Virus record (IMG/VR): IMGVR_UViG_3300030376_005300 | Location: 36,987 to 100,986 of that record | Length of the DNA: 64,000 bases | From: a virus | Taxonomy: Duplodnaviria; Caudoviricetes | Direction: 5' to 3' (one strand) | Shown: piece by piece, positions 55,037 to 63,176 of the stretch | Numbering within the stretch: position 1 is the stretch's first letter | Layout: every line of letters begins with the position of its first letter | Translations under genes and position numbers: made by a program | The notes under the pieces: model-generated | The model's input: only the letters and a program-made list of their open reading frames with translations | Database searches by the model: none | Told to the model about the DNA's origin: nothing

Positions 55037-56236
55037 TCACTCTTCTTTCTTTTCAGAGTCAAGTTTTTCCCGCTTGCCGTCCTTTGAGGGACCGGGGCCT
55101 GCTTTAGAGCCGATAACAATGACCATACCGTGGGCTGGTTTCTTGCTTTTTTTGTCATCTGCCTTTTTCTTGTCATCGCACTTACAGTTTTTACCACATT
55201 TAGGGCACTCTGCTTTATTCATACTACAGTGCATTTTACCGATGCAGTCTTCTTTATCGCACTCGGAGCACTTTGCTTTGTACATCATTTCTTCTACTTG
55301 CTTTCTGATTTCTTCACCTGTGTTATTCACAAACATATTCTCACCTTTCGTTGTTCCAAATCCACCGAACTCTTGCTGTGCTTCAAAGCCAGTGGCCCTT
55401 GGGTCGCTACGATAAGCGTCCGGGTTCCATATCTGACGGTCAGCAACAGTGTTGCCCTGTACATTGGAAATATCATTGATGCCGAGTCCTCCTGACCCGA
55501 ATCCTTGGGTTTGGCCTTGCATACCAAAGCCGCTATCTTGGTCGTTGTCTTGTCCAAGTAGTGATTGTGCGCCGTAAGCACCCATGAGCGTAGCGGCAAC
55601 GGGGCCTAACTGCTCTTCTGCTTGTCCGAGTGCTTGGAAACCACGACCAAGTGTACGGTTGAATCTGCTGTCGCCAACTCTCCGTAGACCTGTGGCACCT
55701 GCATCAAAGCCTCGCCCCGCTGATTGTCGCGCCGCACCAAAAGGCGTCATGGTGGAATCAATGTAGCCTTCGGGCGTCACCTTACTACGCAAACCGGGGT
55801 ACAGCATGTCCTGCTGACGAGCAACGGCCTCTGCGGTATCGCTACCAACTCGGCTGGCCGCTCTCGCTCTGTTCGCTTGCCGACCTGCTCTGACTGCCTG
55901 TGCTCCTCTCCCTGCCCCACTGACATAAGCCAAAGGATTCAAACCCTGTAATGCACCAGTAGCGAATCCAAGTGCCCGTTGACCGCCTGTAGCATCTTCA
56001 ATTTCTTTTTCTGCAAGTAGACCACCTGTAAAAGGGTCTTGGAAAGTAGCACCGCCATGAAAGCCGGGGTCAAGTTTTCCTGTCTCGGGATTGAAAACCC
56101 TACCCCCTGCGCCTGTGAATCCACCCAATAAACCGAAAGCGGCGGGAACGGCCAAAGGTAAAATCTTCTCAACCTTGTCAGGGTCACCTTTCACGACCGA
56201 CCAAGCGTGGTCAATCGGTAAAGAAGACTCCGACAT
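55037..56236 (-). CDS. Leader-bearing (PIDHAWSVVK) glycine-rich protein with a Cys/Lys-rich C-terminus, 399 aa
   Basis: Start reassigned to ATG 56236; glycine-zipper hydrophobic segments; CSEC..C..C..CPKC..CKC tail. Confidence 0.7.
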   Translation of the reverse strand: MSESSLPIDHAWSVVKGDPDKVEKILPLAVPAAFGLLGGFTGAGGRVFNPETGKLDPGFHGGATFQDPFTGGLLAEKEIEDATGGQRALGFATGALQGLNPLAYVSGAGRGAQAVRAGRQANRARAASRVGSDTAEAVARQQDMLYPGLRSKVTPEGYIDSTMTPFGAARQSAGRGFDAGATGLRRVGDSRFNRTLGRGFQALGQAEEQLGPVAATLMGAYGAQSLLGQDNDQDSGFGMQGQTQGFGSGGLGINDISNVQGNTVADRQIWNPDAYRSDPRATGFEAQQEFGGFGTTKGENMFVNNTGEEIRKQVEEMMYKAKCSECDKEDCIGKMHCSMNKAECPKCGKNCKCDDKKKADDKKSKKPAHGMVIVIGSKAGPGPSKDGKREKLDSEKKEE

Positions 56237-56414
56237 GTATGCTGGCAGGCCTTTTATCGTGATAAGCCTGTTGGAGATACGAATAATGCTCAGAAGCCTC
56301 AATCAGCAGACACAGAGCCTCGTCGCTACCGTCCTGCAACTCTTGGATTTTCTGCAAATTCCACTTGCTGACCTTTAGAATCTCAACAAACAGGTCGTCC
56401 CAAATGCGTTGCAA
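56211..56414 (-). CDS. Small hypothetical protein, 67 aa
   Basis: TTG start with SD GAGGAG; fills the gap between two genes. Confidence 0.45.
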   Translation of the reverse strand: MQRIWDDLFVEILKVSKWNLQKIQELQDGSDEALCLLIEASEHYSYLQQAYHDKRPASIHVGVFFTD

Positions 56415-56425
56415 GTCGTTCTCCT

Positions 56426-56986
56426 CTATCTGACCAGCACGACATCCGACTTAAGTGTGCCTCGCTCTTTAAAGTGGCGGGCTCTATTGGCGTGAGGGTC
56501 TTCGGCTACCAGCGTGTGGTCCTTCGTGTGGCTCATGTCAGGTCCACCCTTGCCGTCAATGCCACGGTGTCGGCGCTCTCGTCGGAGTTCACTGCGATAC
56601 TTGACACGCTCCGGTGTAGACTCGTACTTCTTGTCGTACTCCAACTTGTGCCGCTTGGCTTCGGGGCTGATAGGGTTCTTGAGGACAAGAACCGATTTGA
56701 CAATTGTCGGCTTCCCACCAACACCCTGCTTCTTGCTACGCTTACGCTTAGTCGCCGCACGCTTCTGCCCTTCGCTCATGGAGCCACTGGTCTTAGGAGT
56801 CTTGCTGGACACCTTAACTGATGGGCGACACTTGGGGTAGCCTTTGCTACCTTTCTTGGCCTTGCTCCTTCCGCACGGCGGGTGCTTACCGTCCTTGTCC
56901 TTGCGTGATACATCCACCCACTTCTCCTTGAACCAACGATTCAAGTCCTTAACGACGAGTGTATCGTGGCAAGTACAAGTGGACAT
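56426..56986 (-). CDS. Basic two-domain protein: RWFKEKWVD/YPKCRP domain plus an HNH-like domain, 186 aa
   Basis: First domain resembles a widespread small basic phage family; second has D-M-S-H...N-R-A-R (HNH-like); domains bounded by LVVK, IVK, LVLK. Confidence 0.65.
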   Translation of the reverse strand: MSTCTCHDTLVVKDLNRWFKEKWVDVSRKDKDGKHPPCGRSKAKKGSKGYPKCRPSVKVSSKTPKTSGSMSEGQKRAATKRKRSKKQGVGGKPTIVKSVLVLKNPISPEAKRHKLEYDKKYESTPERVKYRSELRRERRHRGIDGKGGPDMSHTKDHTLVAEDPHANRARHFKERGTLKSDVVLVR

Positions 56987-56990
56987 CTAT

Positions 56991-57398
56991 TCAGCCTCTT
57001 TTCTCTTGATTCTGCTGAGATGTTTTGTCATCATCTATAGGACCGCCTGCGGCCCAAGTGTAGCATGTTCTGTCCTTGTGACACTTGAAATCATGCATCC
57101 AACAATAACCTAAGTCACCTTCTAACGGCATACATTCTTTCATACGAGGACTAATGTCAAAAGCAATACAGTTACTACAATTTGACTCTTTGGCCACTTC
57201 GGGTGTAGTGTTCCAATGCTTTGCCGCATCAACCCAGTAACCTTCATCTGTTAAGTTCAAAGGTCCGTACTTTATATGCTCGGACTTAATAGCAGTGTTT
57301 CTATTCTTCGTATTCAACTTCAAGTCTCTTGTAGCCATAGGGCAAGTTGACCTCTGCTTGATAATGGCCCAAGCCTGTTCCATTAGTAGCATATTCAT
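56991..57398 (-). CDS. Leader-bearing (MEQAWAIIK) Cys-rich protein, ~133 aa
   Basis: CPMAT...YGPLN...CSNC...GYC...FKC...RTC..W metal-binding pattern. Confidence 0.7.
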   Translation of the reverse strand: MNMLLMEQAWAIIKQRSTCPMATRDLKLNTKNRNTAIKSEHIKYGPLNLTDEGYWVDAAKHWNTTPEVAKESNCSNCIAFDISPRMKECMPLEGDLGYCWMHDFKCHKDRTCYTWAAGGPIDDDKTSQQNQEKRG

Positions 57399-57820
57399 TT
57401 CTTCTTCCCCTTTTTGCCTTTGAACTTACCTTTGCAGTATTGCACGGCCCATCCATTGGCGTAGGCTGAGGGATACACCTTGAACTTACGCTTCGCCGCC
57501 GCTTTACCAGCGGGGCACAGTTTCTTTTCTAAGAAGTCAAACGCACTGCCTATGCCGACGCAATGTCCGCACTCGCAACCTTTAGCCACATCTCTTTCCG
57601 GCTCGTGTGTGTAAATGTCTCCGTCTTCATGAATGAATACTTTACCACTTCGCACCATACTGTCAAGAGTTGATTTCAAATCCTGCTCATCTGATATAAC
57701 CTTTCTAAGGTTCTTCATACCAAGAGCACCGCCTTCTTTCTCAATCTCACGCAAAATAATCTGCTCTGTGCTGTCTGCTGACTTCTTCAACAAAGTCCAT
57801 GCAGTTTCAAGCGAAGTCAT
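57395..57820 (-). CDS. Leader-bearing (LETAWTLLK) modular protein: winged-helix-like, CxCxxC and basic KFKVYPSAYAN segments, 141 aa
   Basis: ATGA coupling; wHTH-like EQIILREI...LDSMVRSGKVFIH. Confidence 0.7.
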   Translation of the reverse strand: MTSLETAWTLLKKSADSTEQIILREIEKEGGALGMKNLRKVISDEQDLKSTLDSMVRSGKVFIHEDGDIYTHEPERDVAKGCECGHCVGIGSAFDFLEKKLCPAGKAAAKRKFKVYPSAYANGWAVQYCKGKFKGKKGKKK

Positions 57821-58266
57821 GCTCGCTCACTCCTTGCGTCTATCAAATCTTGAAGAGTAGGCCCTCTGTACGGGCGACCCATGGTGCTTTCGCCCGAATC
57901 GGGGTCACTGACATAAAAGGAAGAAGGCATTCCTATCCCTCGTTCCTTTTCTGTTTTATAAGGCAGGTATTGATGAGGTAACCTGTGTTCGGGAGCCATA
58001 TCCGATATAGAATGAGCACTTTGTCTAAACATACCCGGTGCGAAAGGAGCGTACTCGCCAGTCAACCCAGCAGGAACAACGCCCACCCGCTCCAAAGCCT
58101 CGTTGACATCTCTCAATTCTTCTTCTTCGTACACCGAAGAATAGCCGCCCTTGTCAAACCCTTCATCTGTTCTATGTTTCGGAACAGCAGGCAAGAACCC
58201 GTGCTTCTCTGCAAAAGCAAAGTTTTCCCGCTTTAAAAGAAGCCACGCTTGGTCCATTGGGTTCAA
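57817..58266 (-). CDS. Leader-bearing (PMDQAWLLLK) hypothetical protein, 149 aa
   Basis: TTG start overlapping the upstream stop (TTGA) with SD GAGGTGG. Confidence 0.65.
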   Translation of the reverse strand: MNPMDQAWLLLKRENFAFAEKHGFLPAVPKHRTDEGFDKGGYSSVYEEEELRDVNEALERVGVVPAGLTGEYAPFAPGMFRQSAHSISDMAPEHRLPHQYLPYKTEKERGIGMPSSFYVSDPDSGESTMGRPYRGPTLQDLIDARSERA

Positions 58267-58655
58267 CAGTTCCACCTCTTGAGTGATGCTCCCTTGGGGG
58301 TGAGTTTGCCTTTCTTGCTGGTCGGACCTTTGACACCCGACATGCGAGCGCAAAACGATTTACGACGCTTGGCAGATTTACTACCGGGTTTCAACTTACT
58401 TGGCTTTTTGGTGACGGGTGGCTTGAGGTTTGCACCCGTCTTACGCTTAGCGGCGGCACGACCTTTGGCGTTCAGCCCGCCTTTCTTGTTATGCTTGTTA
58501 GGGTTGTAGCCATGGAATGGCTTGGACTTTTTTTTGGCTTTGAGAACAGCAAGGCTGAGTTCCATCGGACTGCAACAATCACAGAACGAGACATCAGACC
58601 AATCAGTCTTACCGACGACATCCGCCTCGGTCAACCAGTCTATAGCGTCCGCCAT
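58263..58655 (-). CDS. Very basic small protein (GGLNAKGRA...RRKSFCARM...LKRWNC) behind an acidic leader ending PMELSLAVLK, 130 aa
   Basis: Resembles a widespread small basic phage family (DUF6321-like from memory). Confidence 0.7.
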   Translation of the reverse strand: MADAIDWLTEADVVGKTDWSDVSFCDCCSPMELSLAVLKAKKKSKPFHGYNPNKHNKKGGLNAKGRAAAKRKTGANLKPPVTKKPSKLKPGSKSAKRRKSFCARMSGVKGPTSKKGKLTPKGASLKRWNC

Positions 58656-58681
58656 GTGGTTTGTGACAGCAATTCTCTACA

Positions 58682-60022
58682 TCAAGGTTTCTTCAACAGT
58701 CGCCAAGCCATGTTCATCGGCTCACCGGTTATGATGCGGTCGTCTGTAATGTCGTACTGATAGTCGGGGCTATTTTCAGGTAGAACGAAATCGTTCGTAC
58801 CTTGGTCATAAAAGCGGTCCCGAGCAAGTTGATGCGCCTTTGGCAAAATTGGTTGAGGAGAGTAGCCTTGCCTCCCGTGCATGGCTTCTCTCGTTGCCTG
58901 CTCAAGAACATGGGCTGGCATCTCGGTTTGAAACTCTGAGCCGCGTCCCTGCTGTGCATCAAGTGCGTGACCAACTTCATGCGCCATGACGGGAGCGAGA
59001 CGATTCGTAAAGCGACCGACCGTTTTTTCTCCGAAGTCTTGGTCTGCTGGGGCCAACATACCTTGGTCGTCAGTACGAAACATGGCCGAATCGCCGTGAA
59101 ACTTGAGGCCGTAAGGTGTCAAAGCCACCATTTGATTCGTGTCTCCTTGTTCATCAGGAGCCGTATAGCCTTGCCACGCAGGGGTCAGCGAAGGCCCAGT
59201 AGGTAAATCACGAATGTCGTACATGAGTTTGCGGTCGGCTTTGAGCATTTTGTTCGCTTCATCTCGTGACCTTGCCATTTCTCTCCACGCTTCGGGAAGG
59301 TTGGAGTAGTCTTTCTCTTGAGGTATGAGTGACTGCGGCACGGTCTGTTCAGGCTCTTCGGGTTCCTGTTGCATCTCGGCAGGTACTTGGCGCTCCAAGA
59401 AATCAAACCGCTCCGGTAAGTCTTCATGAATATCCGTATTATCGTATGCACTTTCCAAACTCGTGGTAGGCGTGACCTTGATGGTCTGCCGTCTGCGGTC
59501 ACTTAACGGGCGATGTCCGACTGTCGCCAAGACCAGTTTACCGGTTTTCTTGTCCAGCACAAAGTGCGGCGTCATGACCGTACCAAGTCCCATCTGCTTT
59601 TCACTTGAATCAACTTTCGGCATGTCGGTTGTGAATGCGTTAAACGCTACACTGGGTTGGTTGTGAGGCAAATCTGAATTTTGGTCACCGGGTGGCAACT
59701 TTTGGCCCATTACCTCTTTCAATTCAGGGTGATTCTCAATCAGGTCGTTCGCCATCATCGCCATGATGGCTTCAATGGTAAAGCCATACTGACCCAACCC
59801 TCTCCGTTGAAACTGATGAGGAAGGTCTTGGTCGGGGTGATACCGGTCCCGTTTGCGGTCAAGGTAGTGTTGAGTGGGTCGCACACTCACATGCTCCATA
59901 CCGCCTTCTTCTATAGCGCGAATCATGCGGTCAGGGAGTGTCTTGTAGTAATCAGGAGTGAGGTCGCCGTAGAAATCAAAATCTTTGAGCAGAATCCAAG
60001 CCTGCTCAAACGGTGCGACCAT
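58682..60022 (-). CDS. Leader-bearing (PFEQAWILLK) protein with an HExxH metallopeptidase-like motif and a C-terminal second leader copy, 446 aa
   Basis: AHEVGH...E; ends TGEPMNMAWRLLKKP. Confidence 0.7.
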   Translation of the reverse strand: MVAPFEQAWILLKDFDFYGDLTPDYYKTLPDRMIRAIEEGGMEHVSVRPTQHYLDRKRDRYHPDQDLPHQFQRRGLGQYGFTIEAIMAMMANDLIENHPELKEVMGQKLPPGDQNSDLPHNQPSVAFNAFTTDMPKVDSSEKQMGLGTVMTPHFVLDKKTGKLVLATVGHRPLSDRRRQTIKVTPTTSLESAYDNTDIHEDLPERFDFLERQVPAEMQQEPEEPEQTVPQSLIPQEKDYSNLPEAWREMARSRDEANKMLKADRKLMYDIRDLPTGPSLTPAWQGYTAPDEQGDTNQMVALTPYGLKFHGDSAMFRTDDQGMLAPADQDFGEKTVGRFTNRLAPVMAHEVGHALDAQQGRGSEFQTEMPAHVLEQATREAMHGRQGYSPQPILPKAHQLARDRFYDQGTNDFVLPENSPDYQYDITDDRIITGEPMNMAWRLLKKP

Positions 60023-60079
60023 AGTTGACCCATGCTACGCTACATGAAAAGCGTTGAGGTGGCTGGCAAATACCGTGAA

Positions 60080-60220
60080 TTACTCGTCCATGGTAAATGA
60101 TTTACACATCTCGCAATACCAAGCGATGCCGCGAAATACTCCTTGCAATTTCAAATACACCCGCCTTGTCGGATGGTGATGGCAATGTTCGCAACGCTTA
60201 CTCTTCTTCTTTCCAGCCAA
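60080..60220 (-). CDS. Zinc-finger microprotein, 46 aa (below the ORF-track cutoff)
   Basis: Manual translation MAGKKKSKRCEHCHHHPTRRVYLKLQGVFRGIAWYCEMCKSFTMDE; TTG start after SD AGGTG. Confidence 0.55.
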   Translation of the reverse strand: MAGKKKSKRCEHCHHHPTRRVYLKLQGVFRGIAWYCEMCKSFTMDE

Positions 60221-60386
60221 AGTAAACACCTTGCTCCATTCCTCTTAGCGCACGGAAGCGCATGGTATGGTTGAACGACTTGAGTGCTCTAACATCGTGT
60301 TCCAAGTCGCGTAAGCGTTCCCTTACCATCTTAGCGTAGACGGTTAAGACGAACAAAGCGCCGATAAACACGATGTCCCATACCAT
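60198..60386 (-). CDS. Small single-TM protein, 62 aa
   Basis: N-terminal hydrophobic helix followed by a short coiled coil. Confidence 0.55.
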   Translation of the reverse strand: MVWDIVFIGALFVLTVYAKMVRERLRDLEHDVRALKSFNHTMRFRALRGMEQGVYFGWKEEE

Positions 60387-60430
60387 GAATCCCCGATTGG
60401 GGCTCAATACTTGAAGTTTGGTGTACCAAA

Positions 60431-61489
60431 TCAAGCGGCTCGGTCAATTTGGTTCTGCTGAGTAGAGCCGTCTGAACGACCTCGCTGACCCGCAAATTGC
60501 ATCAGACGCTGACGAATGGCTTGAGATTCATCTTCGCCGGGGTCTTGGAACATAGCCATGGTCTCTTCGTCCATAGGTACATTGAGGTCAGGCTTCTCGC
60601 CTTGTCGCACACGCTCAAGGTTTTCTCGGTAGCGGTTGCTCATTTGTCGCATCGGACGCTCTTTGCTCTCTTTGGGTTCGGTTGGCTCCCTTACGGTTTG
60701 GTCTTCAAAGGTACCGCCAGCGGCTGTAGCCATACCGGAGAGAATGTCAGCGATTTTTTCTTGCTGAGTTGGCCTGCGTTGCTCTTGAGGGTCGTCTACA
60801 AACTCACGGCTTGCACCACCGAGGCGTGCACCTGCACCCACACCTTCAACATTTTGAAGCGTGGTGGCTCGTCGTCGGCGACCACCTTGCCTCAATCGCT
60901 TTCCTTCGTCGTCCACGCCACGCAATGGTAAGTTCATACCTGCACCGGAACCGCCACGGATGTTGGTTCGTCCGCCACGCTGTCCACCGGTCAATTGACG
61001 ACCAGCCGTTTGCTCCATACCTTCACGAGCCAGTCGTTGTTCCCTTGGAGAAAAGAATGATTCTTCGGGCATAAGTTCGTACCCCGGAACACGAGCCATA
61101 CTGGTACCGCCACTGCCAGCCATTTCACCTACAGTGCCTCTTGGAGTGTGAGCAATCATCGTCTCAGTCATTTCTTGCAGAGGCGACAAGTCTCGCTGAA
61201 CTCGGCGGTCGGTAGCAGGAAGTGCTTCGGGCGCAAATTCTTCGCCGGGGCGCATGTCGCCAGCCTCAGAAGGCATGTCCACCTTCCGAGAAGGTGTTAC
61301 CATTTGGTCTCCTTCATACTCAGCGGGCATGGTTCGTCGCATGTGCATAACATCACCAAGGCCTTCTTCCCCGGCTTCGGCTCTGCGCCGTGCAAGCATC
61401 TGCAAAACAGCAGGAGGAAGCGTTCCCGTGTAGCCCTGTTGACCGGGGATGGCTTTCAGTAAATTCCAAGCGTGCATAAATGCGCTCAT
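60431..61489 (-). CDS. Leader-bearing (AFMHAWNLLK) low-complexity protein, 352 aa
   Basis: ATGA-coupled to the HMG-CoA lyase stop; charged, probably disordered. Confidence 0.7.
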   Translation of the reverse strand: MSAFMHAWNLLKAIPGQQGYTGTLPPAVLQMLARRRAEAGEEGLGDVMHMRRTMPAEYEGDQMVTPSRKVDMPSEAGDMRPGEEFAPEALPATDRRVQRDLSPLQEMTETMIAHTPRGTVGEMAGSGGTSMARVPGYELMPEESFFSPREQRLAREGMEQTAGRQLTGGQRGGRTNIRGGSGAGMNLPLRGVDDEGKRLRQGGRRRRATTLQNVEGVGAGARLGGASREFVDDPQEQRRPTQQEKIADILSGMATAAGGTFEDQTVREPTEPKESKERPMRQMSNRYRENLERVRQGEKPDLNVPMDEETMAMFQDPGEDESQAIRQRLMQFAGQRGRSDGSTQQNQIDRAA

Positions 61490-62328
61490 GCACTGGGGAT
61501 AGCGTCATTGGTTAAAGACATACTGATGCGCTCGGCCAGTCGTTCGGCCAACCCAAGTCGCTTTTCGTCAACACCAGTGTGAAAGCCCCATGCGTGCAGG
61601 TGCCTGACGAGCGTGGTGGTGTTGATGTTGGCTCCACTGCCCTCGGCAAAAGGACAACCGCCGAGCCCACCGATGCTGGAATCAAACTGGCGTATGCCAT
61701 TAAGTAAGCCACTTCTTACTAAGGCCACTGCTCGGCCTTCGTCGTCTTTATGGTGCAAGTGAAGCGCCGCTTTGATGCCCTCGTTCTTCGCCAGTTCGGC
61801 CAGTTCAGCGACTTCTTTCGCCGTCCCGACGCCCACGGTATCGGAAAACACAACAGTGTGGCCGAACATCTTGGCATCTCGGATGCACGAAATAAGTGTG
61901 GAAATTGAAGGCATTCCGCTGTAAGGCGAACCGAAAGCCATGCTGATGTAGACTCGGACATTTTTCTTGGGCACCTTGTCCATGAAGGTCTTGTACATCA
62001 GCACAATCTCACTGCGGGTCTTGCCCATGTTCTTCATGTTGAAAGTCTCGCAGGGTGAAAATACAATGTTGAACTTTTCTACACCAGCGGCTACGCCCCT
62101 GTCGTAGCCACGCTTGTTCATCACCAATGCACTGCCACGGTCAAACACCTGCTCAGCGTCTGCCATTTGCGGCACAAGGCGAGGGTGAGCAAAACTCACT
62201 TCCTCAATGTCAGCAAGCCCGCTGTCGTACAGAAGGCTGATGAGTTCCCGTTTTGTCTCGGTAGGTACGAAGGGCTTGATGTACTGGAGTCCATCACGAG
62301 GGCCAACCTCGTAGATGGAGATGTTCAC
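61486..62328 (-). CDS. hmgL: Hydroxymethylglutaryl-CoA lyase (DRE-TIM family), 280 aa
   Basis: IYEVGPRDGLQ, SFAHPRLVPQMAD, DTVG, HLHH, FDSSIGGLGGCPFA motifs. Confidence 0.9.
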   Translation of the reverse strand: MNISIYEVGPRDGLQYIKPFVPTETKRELISLLYDSGLADIEEVSFAHPRLVPQMADAEQVFDRGSALVMNKRGYDRGVAAGVEKFNIVFSPCETFNMKNMGKTRSEIVLMYKTFMDKVPKKNVRVYISMAFGSPYSGMPSISTLISCIRDAKMFGHTVVFSDTVGVGTAKEVAELAELAKNEGIKAALHLHHKDDEGRAVALVRSGLLNGIRQFDSSIGGLGGCPFAEGSGANINTTTLVRHLHAWGFHTGVDEKRLGLAERLAERISMSLTNDAIPSA

Positions 62329-62531
62329 TGGATTCCTCTCCGCATGCCGTTGAAGCAGGCTTGGTGAAAAGCCTCCTCGTCTTCAATGTAAATCACGGTG
62401 TCCATGGGGTCGGGCGTTGCCAGCCAAATGGTCACAAACCCTGCGATAAATGAGAGGATGAAGAGTGTCGGCAACAGCATGTGCAGACCGAGCGCGGTGT
62501 AGAAATTAAACTTGTCGGCCAACGCCTTCAT
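62325..62531 (-). CDS. Small single-TM membrane protein, 68 aa
   Basis: Long hydrophobic stretch; coupled at both ends (ATGA/GTGA). Confidence 0.6.
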   Translation of the reverse strand: MKALADKFNFYTALGLHMLLPTLFILSFIAGFVTIWLATPDPMDTVIYIEDEEAFHQACFNGMRRGIQ

Positions 62532-63154
62532 GGCAAGTAGCCCAAGTCACTAAAAGGCGACGGGGGATAAAGTCGCCTTAACTCTTCATCAGTCGGGTCG
62601 CGACCTTCGTCCCGAGTAAACTGGTTAATTCTACCTTGAGGTGTGTTTCGTCCTGCTGACACGCGGATGGGGTAAGACGGCCTTGGTTGTCTTGAAATGC
62701 CCATGGGTTGGGACAATTCATCCTTATCTTGGTGGGGGTTTACAAAGCCACCTTCCAAATAGGTTGGCGCTTCTTGAATGCGGTCTTCTGCATTGTATTC
62801 GGGCATAGACACAGGTCGGCCTCGGTATGGCAACGAGCGGAGATTAACTGGCCCGCCCATAAAACTACGCTCACGGCCTGAGTTTTCCGAAGGGTCCATG
62901 AGTCTCTGCATTGTTCTCATACGCTCTCGTGAGTCTTGTGTTGGGAACGGGCTTACTCCGGCGATATTCTGCGGCTTTCGTAGAGCCATTGAGTAGGCAT
63001 TGGGGTCAATGGTTCCGAGATTAGACACTGGTCGTTGGAGTCCATGGGCTTCGGCAAGGTCAGGGTGAGTGTCATAGTCACGGTATTGACTGTACGCCTG
63101 CATGCGGGGGTCTGATTTGAGAAGCGACCAAGCCTGTTCCAGTGGCGTCATCAT
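62528..63154 (-). CDS. Leader-bearing (PLEQAWSLLK) protein, 208 aa; paralog of 63177-63698
   Basis: Shared KSDPRMQA, HPDLAE, NLGT.DPNAYSMAL, LMDP, PTDEEL. Confidence 0.75.
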   Translation of the reverse strand: MMTPLEQAWSLLKSDPRMQAYSQYRDYDTHPDLAEAHGLQRPVSNLGTIDPNAYSMALRKPQNIAGVSPFPTQDSRERMRTMQRLMDPSENSGRERSFMGGPVNLRSLPYRGRPVSMPEYNAEDRIQEAPTYLEGGFVNPHQDKDELSQPMGISRQPRPSYPIRVSAGRNTPQGRINQFTRDEGRDPTDEELRRLYPPSPFSDLGYLP

Positions 63155-63176
63155 GGTATCATCTCGTGGTGTAGAC

